Origin: Limisphaerales bacterium
GTDB lineage: Bacteria; Verrucomicrobiota; Verrucomicrobiia; Limisphaerales; JAJOIW01
Direction of reading: 5' to 3'
DNA length: 64,000 nt
Assembly (NCBI GenBank): GCA_965657355.1
Contig: CBFHOE010000005.1
Span: 102,014-166,013 of the forward strand
The notes under the pieces are model-generated. The model was not told where the DNA came from. It did no database searches and saw only the letters and a program-made list of their open reading frames with translations. The first letter of the stretch is position 1, and the number at the start of each line of letters is the position of its first letter. This document shows positions 20,133 through 29,987 of the stretch, piece by piece. The translations under genes and the position numbers were made by a program.

Positions 20133-22028
20133 ATGCCTGAAAATCAAACCATCCAGAAATCAATGTATTCGACATGGGAAACCGTTTCGTCGGAATTGGT
20201 TTCACGCATTAACAAGGATGGCTTTTGGGAAGGTAAATTGAGTTCGAGTGCCCTTTCTACGGCCACAGCAGTGGTCACGATTAAATTGGCTTCGAGTTCA
20301 GGGATTATTGATCCGGACAAAGCAGAAAAATTAGGAGTAAAAGGACTTGAGTGGCTAGCCAATAGTATTAATCCTGATGGCGGGTGGGGAGATACGGACA
20401 AAAGCCATTCAAATATCAGCACAACGACGCTCTGCTGGTCAGCATTTGGGGCCTTTCAAAATGAAGAGGAGAATTTTAAAAGAGTAATTTTGAGATGTGA
20501 ACGATGGATTGGGGAACAATGTTCAGGTCTATCACCATCCCAGATAGCCAAAACTATCATTTCAAGATATGGAAAAGATAGGACATTCTCCATACCAATT
20601 CTAACAATGTGTGCACTGTGTGGAAGGTTGGGTCGAGGCCAGAGCGCTTGGAAAGATATTATCCAGCTTCCTTTCGAACTAGCAGGACTTCCACATTCAT
20701 GGTTCGCTGCCCTGCGATTACCGGTTGTTAGCTATGCCCTACCCGCGCTCATAGCCATAGGTTTAGTACGCCACATAAAAGCTCCCTCCATCTGGCCTTG
20801 GGTCAGGATGCTAAGATCCCTCGTTATCAAGAAAGTCATGAGGAAGCTTGAGGATATCCAACCGTCTAATGGAGGATTTCTAGAGGCTACTCCTCTCACC
20901 AGCTTTGTAACGATGAGCCTGATCGCAGCAGGTTTTGAAAGGAGTCAAGTTGTGGAAAAAGGATTGGATTTCATCATTGAATCTCAGAGAAATGATGGAA
21001 GTTGGCCAATAGATACAAACCTCTCGACTTGGGTTACCTCACTTTCAATTAACAGTCTCTATTCACAAAAAAATTCAAGAATCAAAGAAACCACTCATTT
21101 TTCGAAAGAATTAAAAGCGAAAATGGCAGATTGGTTGTTTGATCAGCAATACACAGCAATACATCCCTACACACAAGCAAAACCTGGCGGATGGGCTTGG
21201 ACTCCGCTGCCCGGAGGTGTTCCAGATGCAGATGATACTCCTTCAGCCATCATAGCCCTTTGCCTTATCGCCGATGATAATGAAAGGTTGACGGAATCAA
21301 TAAAACTAGGGTGCGAGTGGTTACTCAATCTTCAAAATATGGACGGGGGAATTCCTACTTTCTGTAAGGGATGGGGAAAATTACCTTTTGATAAAAGTAG
21401 CCCGGACCTCACGGCTCATACCATAAAGGCTTGGATCATAGCCTATCCATTATTAGATGACTCCATTCAAAATCAAGTCACTGAGAGCATACAAAGAGCA
21501 CTTAAATTTTTGTTGAAAGCCCAAAATAGGGATGGATCCTGGACGCCTCTTTGGTTTGGCAATCAGTGGAGAGAAGATGAAACTAATCCTATTTATGGCA
21601 CCTCAAAAGTCTTAATAGCTATTGCAGAAATGTTGAATTCAGAATTTAAAGACTTTGTAAAAGAAAATAGGTTACTTTCAAAAGCGATTCTCTATTTACT
21701 TAGCATTCAAAATTCCGATGGCTCATGGGGAAATGCTAATGTTCACTCTGGAACAATTGAAGAAACAGCTTTAGTTGTTGAATCTTTATCGGTGATGAGA
21801 AATTCATCTCTCCATATGAATTTATGGGATAACGAGTGGGATAAAAAAACACTACAGGGAATAAAATTTTTAATAAAAAAAGTCGAAGAAGGCGAATGGA
21901 GAACGCCATACCCGGTAGGTTTTTACTTTGCTCGCCTCTGGTATTACGAAGAGATGTATCCTATAATAATGACAACCGCTGCATTCAAGGCTTCGGTATC
22001 TTCATTTTGTGAAAAGGAACTGCCTTAA
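20133..22028 (+). CDS. Squalene-hopene cyclase-like class II triterpene cyclase
   Basis: GFWEGKLSSSALSTA; QW-type repeats (NPDGGWG, QRNDGSWP, QNMDGG, QNRDGSW, QNSDGSWG); catalytic DADD at 21225-21236. Confidence 0.9.
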   Translation: MPENQTIQKSMYSTWETVSSELVSRINKDGFWEGKLSSSALSTATAVVTIKLASSSGIIDPDKAEKLGVKGLEWLANSINPDGGWGDTDKSHSNISTTTLCWSAFGAFQNEEENFKRVILRCERWIGEQCSGLSPSQIAKTIISRYGKDRTFSIPILTMCALCGRLGRGQSAWKDIIQLPFELAGLPHSWFAALRLPVVSYALPALIAIGLVRHIKAPSIWPWVRMLRSLVIKKVMRKLEDIQPSNGGFLEATPLTSFVTMSLIAAGFERSQVVEKGLDFIIESQRNDGSWPIDTNLSTWVTSLSINSLYSQKNSRIKETTHFSKELKAKMADWLFDQQYTAIHPYTQAKPGGWAWTPLPGGVPDADDTPSAIIALCLIADDNERLTESIKLGCEWLLNLQNMDGGIPTFCKGWGKLPFDKSSPDLTAHTIKAWIIAYPLLDDSIQNQVTESIQRALKFLLKAQNRDGSWTPLWFGNQWREDETNPIYGTSKVLIAIAEMLNSEFKDFVKENRLLSKAILYLLSIQNSDGSWGNANVHSGTIEETALVVESLSVMRNSSLHMNLWDNEWDKKTLQGIKFLIKKVEEGEWRTPYPVGFYFARLWYYEEMYPIIMTTAAFKASVSSFCEKELP

Positions 22029-22891
22029 TTAAGCTCACCAACCAGATACCTATCACGGCCTAGAAGATCATTTTGGATTTTGATTCTGAATTGTTTCATG
22101 GGATTAAATAGCTCCATGAGTCGTGGTCCTTGATCCGCGCCAATTTCCATTGCAAAAAATTTGGGTATCACGGACATACCGTGCAAATCATCAAATATTT
22201 TTTGGTAGTACTCTATGCCCGAACTCCCTCCATCTAAAGCAACAATTGGATCATGATCTTTGACCTCTGCAGCTAATGAAGATATCTCTGAGGTCCGAAT
22301 ATAAGGAGGATTGGAAACAAAAAAATCAATTGGGCTGTCTAGACTTACAGAGGCTAAACCATCTGATTGGAATAATTCAAGTCTATCGTCGACCCTATGA
22401 TTTCGTGCATTTATTTGAGCAATTGCCAATGCGGCACCACTAATGTCAACGGCCTTCATTTTAATTTCATTATGATGAGATAGCAGAGACACCGGAATAC
22501 ACCCACTCCCTGTCCCCCAGTCTAGGCCTACCAGTTGATGTTCTGATTTGTGTAATTGGATCCATTCCGATATTATTTCCACTAAACCTTCAGTTTCAGG
22601 TCGGGGAATGAGAACATTTTCATTAACTAAAAAATCCAAACCATAAAAGTTCCAATTTCCAAGAATATGTTGGATGGGGATTCTTTTTTTCCTTTTAATT
22701 AAAAAGTTTTGTATTTTGCTGTCCTGTGCCTCGGTAAGATTGATTGGATCACAAATGACAAGTTGAGATCGAGGTATGCCCAATAAGTCTGAAAGAAAAA
22801 TTTCAGACTCAATCTGAGGTTCTTCAACTCCGATTTTTTCTAATTCTATAGCAAGAGATTTGACTCGATCCCATACTTGGATAAATCCCAT
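22025..22891 (-). CDS. prmC: Release factor glutamine methyltransferase PrmC/HemK
   Basis: PIQHILG, VLIPRPETE, DWGTGSGCI, SNPPYI, ALDGG, EIG. Confidence 0.96.
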   Translation of the reverse strand: MGFIQVWDRVKSLAIELEKIGVEEPQIESEIFLSDLLGIPRSQLVICDPINLTEAQDSKIQNFLIKRKKRIPIQHILGNWNFYGLDFLVNENVLIPRPETEGLVEIISEWIQLHKSEHQLVGLDWGTGSGCIPVSLLSHHNEIKMKAVDISGAALAIAQINARNHRVDDRLELFQSDGLASVSLDSPIDFFVSNPPYIRTSEISSLAAEVKDHDPIVALDGGSSGIEYYQKIFDDLHGMSVIPKFFAMEIGADQGPRLMELFNPMKQFRIKIQNDLLGRDRYLVGELN

Positions 22892-23000
22892 ATATTACTG
22901 CATAGGGGTAATAAGGCAGAATGTCACTGCTAATATCTATCGCTGGCGATTGGATTCTTGCATTCCGACTGGAAAACAGTACTGTTACTAGGTCGCAATA

Positions 23001-23672
23001 ATGGATTCGAAGGATCAATTTGATTTTTGGTATGGCATCAATAATGCCCAAGTCATCGTGTACCCTCAAAAGAAACTCGAGAGCTTTGGGACCACGACTA
23101 TTCATTACTATCTGGCTACGGAACTAATGGATGCAGTCAATCAGACACGTGTGAGAGAGGGAAAAATCCAAGCATTTAAGCCACAAATTGTCCTTCCTAG
23201 CTCGTTTGCTGATTCCATGTTGGAAGGGTTCTCAGAAGAGGAAGCCGGAAAATACATGGATTGGCTTCAAAAAAATGAATACAACCTAGTTCTTCTCAAA
23301 TACGGCTTTAAAATCAAAAAAGAAGAGATACAGACAGAAATCGTTCACAGACCAGTGGAAGAAGTGACCGAAGATTTAAAAGCGCAAGTGGAGGGTCGAG
23401 ACCAGCCTATGGAAGCCGTCCTCAAAGGGGTAGAAGAACCATGGGAAGTTTGCCTATTGAAATTGATGGTGGAGATGGTTGAATTGTCTGCAGGCTCAAA
23501 TGCGACTGAACTAAGGAAAGATCCACATGGATACCACGCCGAAATTGAAAAAGCTTTTTCAGCAGCCGCCAGAGATAACTCGAAGATACAAGTTCTTGCT
23601 GACCTTCTAAAGTCAAAGGATCTGTTCGAGCATTATGAAGACAGATTTTTCTCTCTTGTTCGGTCTCAATAA
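23001..23672 (+). CDS. Conserved-looking hypothetical protein
   Basis: 223-aa acidic ORF with LESFGTTTIHYY..ELMD..RVREG and LFEHYEDRFFSLV; no function recognised. Confidence 0.75.
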   Translation: MDSKDQFDFWYGINNAQVIVYPQKKLESFGTTTIHYYLATELMDAVNQTRVREGKIQAFKPQIVLPSSFADSMLEGFSEEEAGKYMDWLQKNEYNLVLLKYGFKIKKEEIQTEIVHRPVEEVTEDLKAQVEGRDQPMEAVLKGVEEPWEVCLLKLMVEMVELSAGSNATELRKDPHGYHAEIEKAFSAAARDNSKIQVLADLLKSKDLFEHYEDRFFSLVRSQ

Positions 23673-26600
23673 TTTTGGAGAAATTCAAAAAGATCCGCAA
23701 TTTCTTGATCAGAAAATGAATCCAACAAACCTTCAGGCATAAGAGAATTTTGGGACCTAGATATTTCTAAAATGCTAGATTTTGGGATTGTTCTCATCTG
23801 CCCTCCCAGTTCCCGAATCAAAATACTTTCCTTCCTTTCATTTACGAGAAAACCGGAATAGACGGATCCTATTTGATCCCTTCCGATTTGATTTTTACGG
23901 AGCCTCTTGGTTTTGACCGATGCAAGTTCAAAACCTTCACGAATGGCGAGATTAGGTTGAATGATAGAAGTCGTTAAATAATCCAAATCATCTCTCTCAT
24001 ACCCTGTTAAATCTGGTCCTAAATTGGATCCGATGTCCTTAATTCTATGACATGCACCACAGTGCTGCAGGAAGAGGTTTTTACCATTTTCCAAAGATTT
24101 TCTAGGTAGTGCAGCTGCTCTTAAGACCTTGGTGGTCATACTGGAAATATTTTGAGATTTTTTGGTCTTTAACCAAATTTTTTCAAAATTATCAATGAGC
24201 GATGGCTTGAGGTTTCTTTTCAAAACCATTTGATTCTGGTAGTTCACAAGATCCTTCTCGATTAAATTTTTCTCCAATGCAGCAACCATTTGCTCAGCCC
24301 AAGGACCATAGCCAACTAAAGCACCTATGATCTGATGGTTTATTGGGTCGGTATCACTTAGAAGGCTTATAAATTGGCTTCCAAATTCCTTTTGCGGAAA
24401 TTGTCTGAGATAAGACAAAGCGGACAACCTTATATTTAAACCATTATTAATGTCTGAAATGAGCTGAAGACAGAGGCCTTCTAGAAGATCAGATGGAACA
24501 TGCGAAATTAGCCTTAGGATTTGGGCTCTTTCATCCTCATCGTTGTTCGAATCTTTTATAATATTAATAGCCTGTTGGATAAGTTTTCCTTTTGTTGGAT
24601 CTCCAAGTTTAATCCCAAGTTTTAGTATGTTGGTATCGTTTGGATATTGAGCTGTCAGCAATCGCAGTCTTGTCGACAATTCTTCAGGCACCTGTCTGAT
24701 GGATTGTCCCTGAAGAGATTTTTCAATGCCCGATACGGCCTTAACAAGCATATCTTGGTCTTTGATTCCGCCAAGCAGGTTGGATAAATACACTAAATTT
24801 TCAGTGGTAGGATCAGATACTGCGCGACGCACTAAATTCTCAAAAATCGAATTTCTAAAAAATGAACTTTCCGATAAAAATTTATTCTTCTGGATGAATT
24901 TCGTTAAAGCTATCGGTCGCTGAGTATAGCTTTTCTCAACAGCCCACCATGCAAAGCTCCTTATGGTTTGATCTTTCTGTAGTTCCTCTCTTTTCAGGAT
25001 TTCCCGAACAATCAAATTATTGATTTCAGGAGCCCTTCTTTTAGCACTGCATAAAAGCTGAGTAAGAACTTCTTTGTTGTTTTCTGTTCCGGCATGATAG
25101 ACCCACTCATTTCTTATCGACTGACTTAGTGGCTCTGACTTATCACCAAGAAGTCTAATTGCCCACATACGAGTCGGAGCATATTTATGAGCCATCGCAT
25201 TAATCCACAGAGACTCATTCATTTTATCGAGAGCATGAAGAACCCACAATGCTTCCAGTGAAGTCTGTTTTTCTTTTTTGCGAAGCAAAATTGATAATGG
25301 ATCAACAATGGAATTATCCTGCTTCTCGATTATCAGTCTTCTGGCGGTATCCCTATGCCACTTATTGTCATGACTGAGGTAAGGAATGAGCTGAGAAGAA
25401 GATAATTCACTGAGATCAGAATTATTAGTCGAAGGAGCCGTTTTTGAGTAAATCCGATAAACTCTGCCATGTTCCCTGTCCCAATTATCTCTTGGGTCGA
25501 GGTGCGTAATTCGGGCATCGTAAAAATCAGAAACATATAGTGCTCCGTCTGGGCCCGTCGTTATATGGATTGGGCGAAACCATTTATGATCAGTCTCAAT
25601 AGTCTTGTGCATTTCCCGAGTCGTAAAACTACTTCCATCTGCGACTCGATCTAAAGCCATCACAAGATTCGCCAGTGGGTTTACCCCAATCAATTTATCT
25701 TTGTATTCAGGGATGGTATGCCCGCCATATATGATCCATTGATGAACCATTCGCCGAGTATCTCCCTCCAAATTCAGCCCGCCCAAATAATCAAAAGCAT
25801 ACGGGTTGTTGTGAGGCCCATGTTTTCCAAAATTCTTTTGGTAGTATCCCCCCTGGTAAAAGTATACCGCCTGCATACCTCCATTTGTTCCAGAAAATAA
25901 ACGACCCTGATCATCGAATTCTAAACCAAAATTATTCCATCCCCCCTCCGCAAAAAGTTCAAATCGAAACTCTTTAGGGTGATAACGCCAGACTGTTTGA
26001 CCGAAAAACTTGAGCGGTTTGAATGATTTATTGAAGTGAACTTTTACCCTAGCAGTGACAGTTGAACCAGTTACACCATAGAGCCAACCATCCGGACCCC
26101 ATTTAAGACTATTAGCTACCGAGTGAGTGTCCTCTAAACCAAATCCCGAAAGATGCACGACCGGGGCTCTGTCTGGCACATCATCTTTATCTTTGTCGGG
26201 AACAAATAATAAATATGGGGGATTGAGCAACCATACGCCATCCCTATCCTGGGCAGTGCTGGTTGCAATATTTAAACCCTCCATAAAAATCTTATGTTTA
26301 TCAAAAATACCATCCCCATCAGTATCCTCATGAATCGTTATCTTATCCTTACCTTTAAACTTTTCTTTTTCAGGTGCATCAAAAGGAGGTGGGGGGGGAT
26401 CCTGATCATAAATAGCCCTCAAATGCCGGTCCCAGGCTACTAGCTCTATTCCTGCGGGCTTCGGATATTGAATATACTGGGTGACCCACAAGCGGCCTTT
26501 CTCATCGAATTCAGTATACAATGGCTGCTGACATTCAGGTTCACTGAGGGACGTTTGGACATCTAAAAAATCGGGAAGCTTGAGCTGTTTTATTGTCTCC

Positions 26601-27337
26601 AGTGCGCTGAGTGGAGGGCCCTTTCCTTCGATATTTGAGTGGACGTTAGAATTATTTTTGTAGAGATCTGTTGCAGCTTTAATTGATTTAGACCGTCCTT
26701 GGTAATCTACAAAGGTTGATGATTGAGGTTTTTGGATTTGAAATTTTTCATTGAATAAAGTGGAAACAAGTTGCCTTTCATTGTCACTGTTTATATCAAC
26801 GGGCCAACTCCTTAAGGAAGAGAGGTCCCCCATATGAATGGCCCAATTACCAGCTAGGTCGATTGCCTGGTCGCCACTGGATAATTGAATTGGCCCTTTA
26901 CTGATTCCACCATCACCGCCTTTATTAAATAGGCGTATCGAAAGTAAATTCCAACTTCCTGCAAAGACCATATCCGGTTCAATGAGATAAGGCCTTCTAA
27001 TGGAACTCGCTGGATCACTTAGTAATGGCGGCATTGATCCGAAAGCACCGATTTTTTCGTTATTGAAGAAAGTTTCCTCAATCGATGAAATCTCACCGAC
27101 CGAGAAAAATATTCTCCTGCCCTCCCATTTTTTGGGAATAAAAACGTAAGAATGATACCAGGCAAAGCCCTTGTAATCTGCAAGCTTCTCATCACCTACT
27201 TTCTGCCAACTTGCCGGCACAGAAATTTTGTTCCAACCCGTGGCATAGTAATCGTCTGCCCTTACGTGAATGGAAATCGAAAGGTAAATCAAGAAGCCCC
27301 ATTTTATACAAACAAGGTAATGTCCCAAACCAAGCAT
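23666..27337 (-). CDS. PVC-type heme-binding CxxCH protein with N-terminal GH2-like sugar-binding jelly-roll domain
   Basis: ISVPASW..YKGFAWY..NLLSIRL..GGI; FDEKGRLWVTQYIQYP, EDTDGDG, WGPDGWLYG, FRP..GPDGALYVSD; CGACH..GPDLTG..SLMPEGLL. Confidence 0.88.
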   Translation of the reverse strand: MLGLGHYLVCIKWGFLIYLSISIHVRADDYYATGWNKISVPASWQKVGDEKLADYKGFAWYHSYVFIPKKWEGRRIFFSVGEISSIEETFFNNEKIGAFGSMPPLLSDPASSIRRPYLIEPDMVFAGSWNLLSIRLFNKGGDGGISKGPIQLSSGDQAIDLAGNWAIHMGDLSSLRSWPVDINSDNERQLVSTLFNEKFQIQKPQSSTFVDYQGRSKSIKAATDLYKNNSNVHSNIEGKGPPLSALETIKQLKLPDFLDVQTSLSEPECQQPLYTEFDEKGRLWVTQYIQYPKPAGIELVAWDRHLRAIYDQDPPPPPFDAPEKEKFKGKDKITIHEDTDGDGIFDKHKIFMEGLNIATSTAQDRDGVWLLNPPYLLFVPDKDKDDVPDRAPVVHLSGFGLEDTHSVANSLKWGPDGWLYGVTGSTVTARVKVHFNKSFKPLKFFGQTVWRYHPKEFRFELFAEGGWNNFGLEFDDQGRLFSGTNGGMQAVYFYQGGYYQKNFGKHGPHNNPYAFDYLGGLNLEGDTRRMVHQWIIYGGHTIPEYKDKLIGVNPLANLVMALDRVADGSSFTTREMHKTIETDHKWFRPIHITTGPDGALYVSDFYDARITHLDPRDNWDREHGRVYRIYSKTAPSTNNSDLSELSSSQLIPYLSHDNKWHRDTARRLIIEKQDNSIVDPLSILLRKKEKQTSLEALWVLHALDKMNESLWINAMAHKYAPTRMWAIRLLGDKSEPLSQSIRNEWVYHAGTENNKEVLTQLLCSAKRRAPEINNLIVREILKREELQKDQTIRSFAWWAVEKSYTQRPIALTKFIQKNKFLSESSFFRNSIFENLVRRAVSDPTTENLVYLSNLLGGIKDQDMLVKAVSGIEKSLQGQSIRQVPEELSTRLRLLTAQYPNDTNILKLGIKLGDPTKGKLIQQAINIIKDSNNDEDERAQILRLISHVPSDLLEGLCLQLISDINNGLNIRLSALSYLRQFPQKEFGSQFISLLSDTDPINHQIIGALVGYGPWAEQMVAALEKNLIEKDLVNYQNQMVLKRNLKPSLIDNFEKIWLKTKKSQNISSMTTKVLRAAALPRKSLENGKNLFLQHCGACHRIKDIGSNLGPDLTGYERDDLDYLTTSIIQPNLAIREGFELASVKTKRLRKNQIGRDQIGSVYSGFLVNERKESILIRELGGQMRTIPKSSILEISRSQNSLMPEGLLDSFSDQEIADLFEFLQNY

Positions 27338-27366
27338 AGGATTGTATTGAAAAATTTATGATTTTA

Positions 27367-28167
27367 TTATTTTGCCCAAACAATGGCATTTGTGAGTATC
27401 TGCAGAAATTCGAACTGCGCGAAATCACCCGGATTACCTAATGAAGTATAGAAAGTTTTTCCATTTCTTCCATTTGAAGTCCAAGCGACTGGTTCTAGCT
27501 TGGACTCATCCTTTCCCACCGAACCAGTAAGGAGAATACTAACTCCGTCGTCTGGTTTTCGATTACGATATAGATGGGATGATGATGTAAAATGATTTGA
27601 TTCTATTCCATTAAGAACAGGGTGTGATTTCCAAAAAGGAATTACGTTAATTATTGTGGCCAAATCATCAGGCCCCTTGTTGCCATAATGCCCTTCATAA
27701 TCCATCCCGAAAATATCCCGATCAAATTCCTCCCATCGGATATGATTTTTGTCCGGCGGGACCCTGCCAAACGAATGACTCGACGTCCTGATTCCAACTA
27801 TTCCCTTATCTGTATTTAGATATTTTTGAAGAGCTTTCATTTGGGCCAATGGCGGAGTCCGGCGTCTGACGCTTATAACGAGCACATCTGCCTTTTCAAG
27901 AGCTCCAATCAATCCAGGAAAATCGTTAGGATCATCTGGATTAACATGAATGAAAGAACAATCGATTCCATTTGGAATAAGATATTTGCGGGCATATTTA
28001 GGCAAGGTCTCGGCAGTGAGGTATTCCTTCTCGCCAATCATAAAGGCAACATTCAAGTCTTTTGCCTTACTATGATCAATCGCTATATTCTGAGAGTCTT
28101 CTGATGCAATATTCAGGCATAAATAGAAGCAAAAACCAATTGTGAGTATAAATTTTTCTAGTGGCAT
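27367..28167 (-). CDS. ThuA-like (class I GATase-fold) domain protein
   Basis: GEKEY, ADVLVISVRRR, GIRTSSH, SHLY, EPVAW, FYTSLG; signal peptide. Confidence 0.85.
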   Translation of the reverse strand: MPLEKFILTIGFCFYLCLNIASEDSQNIAIDHSKAKDLNVAFMIGEKEYLTAETLPKYARKYLIPNGIDCSFIHVNPDDPNDFPGLIGALEKADVLVISVRRRTPPLAQMKALQKYLNTDKGIVGIRTSSHSFGRVPPDKNHIRWEEFDRDIFGMDYEGHYGNKGPDDLATIINVIPFWKSHPVLNGIESNHFTSSSHLYRNRKPDDGVSILLTGSVGKDESKLEPVAWTSNGRNGKTFYTSLGNPGDFAQFEFLQILTNAIVWAK

Positions 28168-28330
28168 TCTGCGAATTATATCATTTAGTTTTCGGTGACG
28201 GTAAGTCAGACAATAGTCTCAAAGACACAAATCTAATCAAGTACGGATAGTTTTAAAAGTGAGTTGATTTTCAATTTTATCTTTTTAATAAAAACGCATT
28301 AACTGTTTAATAGGTCAAAACCAGAAATAA

Positions 28331-29371
28331 ATGACTTTTCTAATTATTTCGATCCTTGTTCTCATAGTATTGAGCGGGCTATTGGCAGGCATTGAGGCAG
28401 CTTTATTCTCTGTCAATCCAGTCAAAGTTAATGAGTTGGCTTCGAAAGGGCAGAAGTCTGCAATGACCTTAAAAAAAATAAAGGACAGCCTCCAACGCCC
28501 AATTGCTGCGATTGTCATTCTTACGAATCTTGTAAATATCGTAGGTAGTATCTTTGTTGGTGGGGTCGCCTCTCAGGTTTTTGGTTCCCAGTGGGTTGGG
28601 TTATTCTCGGGCTTCTTAACTTTTCTAATAATTATTTTCGCCGAGATTATTCCTAAAAATTTGGGGGAGTTTTATTGTTTAAAAATAAGTCAATCTGTGG
28701 CAGCACCGGTTGAGTTTATCACTAAACTACTAACCCCATTTATAGTCTTAATTGATTTTATCACGAAACCATTTCTTCCAGGGCGGACAACGAGTTTTAC
28801 CACTAATGAAAATGAAATTCGTCTTCTGGTAAAAGTTGGACATAAAGAAGGGACAATAAAAAAGCAAGAACAGGAATTAATCCTAAAGGCATTTGAATTG
28901 GATGACACCAAGGCAAGTGATATAGCCACACCGAGAACGGCCATGACATTCCTCCGTGGCCACAAGTCTTTGGAAGAATGCACTGATGAAATAATAGGTT
29001 CTCAACATACAAGAATTATCATCGTTGGCGAAACAAGAGATGTCATACTAGGATTTGCAAGAAAGGACCAACTCCTTACAGAAATTATAAATAATAAAAA
29101 GCACCATTTGATAAGCGAATTTTCTCAAGAGATTTTGCGATTCGGGAGTGAAGCACCCGCTAGTCACTTACTATCCACTTTTCAAAAAAAGCGTCAGCAC
29201 ATAGGTATTGTAGAAGATAATTTTGGAGGTGTTATGGGAGTAGTCAGTCTGGAGGATGTCATAGAAATACTAGCAGGGGAAATAGTCGACGAAATTGATG
29301 AAGTCGTCGATCTTCGAGAATTAGCGAAAATTAAATCTATGAGGTCTAAGACATCCAAAGATTCATCTTAA
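28331..29371 (+). CDS. CNNM/DUF21 + CBS domain membrane protein (CorB/hemolysin-like)
   Basis: SGLLAGIEAAL, FAEIIPK, TPRT, HTRI, EDNFGGVMGVVSLEDVIEILAGEIVDE. Confidence 0.92.
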   Translation: MTFLIISILVLIVLSGLLAGIEAALFSVNPVKVNELASKGQKSAMTLKKIKDSLQRPIAAIVILTNLVNIVGSIFVGGVASQVFGSQWVGLFSGFLTFLIIIFAEIIPKNLGEFYCLKISQSVAAPVEFITKLLTPFIVLIDFITKPFLPGRTTSFTTNENEIRLLVKVGHKEGTIKKQEQELILKAFELDDTKASDIATPRTAMTFLRGHKSLEECTDEIIGSQHTRIIIVGETRDVILGFARKDQLLTEIINNKKHHLISEFSQEILRFGSEAPASHLLSTFQKKRQHIGIVEDNFGGVMGVVSLEDVIEILAGEIVDEIDEVVDLRELAKIKSMRSKTSKDSS

Positions 29372-29373
29372 GC

Positions 29374-29913
29374 TTACTCCGTAAGTAACGATTCCCATTC
29401 GCCATCCGCTACTATGGATAAGATTTTTCGGGAGAGTTGCTCTGTCATTTGAGGGACAGTGATTTGGTCCGCCCTGTTGAGGTCTCCCTGGTTTCTAACA
29501 GCAGATCGTGCTGAAACAAGCTTTCTTAAGATTACATCACCTGAATTTCGCTGGGAGACGACGAGTTCACAGATCAAGGTTAGGCGAAGATCTCGACTTG
29601 CTTCAATTCGATTTGGGTTCAATGAGATGGCTTCGCGCTGCATTTCCAAAATCGTACCAGAGAGGATAAGATTACCCCGCCCTTTTGTATTCAATTTAAA
29701 TGTTCCATCAATTTGGATTTCCCGGCGCAGCGATGTCATTAATTCATCCACGATACCTGGCTCAGCCGATCGGTTCTCGAAATTTCTAACACTGATGGAT
29801 CGCTCACCTTGCACCAAACCATTCGTTGGCCCTAATTTGTATCCCTGGCACCCAGTGAAAATCAGAACGGTAATAATGAGTGTTAGTCCGGCCGGCTTAT
29901 TCATGTAAATCAC
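29374..29913 (-). CDS. lptE: LPS assembly lipoprotein LptE-like
   Basis: Lipobox IFTGC, GYKLG, FENRSAEPG, LSGTI; downstream of bamD. Confidence 0.75.
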   Translation of the reverse strand: MIYMNKPAGLTLIITVLIFTGCQGYKLGPTNGLVQGERSISVRNFENRSAEPGIVDELMTSLRREIQIDGTFKLNTKGRGNLILSGTILEMQREAISLNPNRIEASRDLRLTLICELVVSQRNSGDVILRKLVSARSAVRNQGDLNRADQITVPQMTEQLSRKILSIVADGEWESLLTE

Positions 29914-29987
29914 AGAATCCTACGATGCTCACCATTTAATAAAAAAAGATCAAAAATTCGAACGAAGTCGGTTACGACTAATTGCAA

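Noticed and set aside
29459..29908. 149-aa ORF antisense to lptE (similar cases at 38293-38769 and 54024-54428)
   Set aside because: Antisense shadows of better-supported genes.
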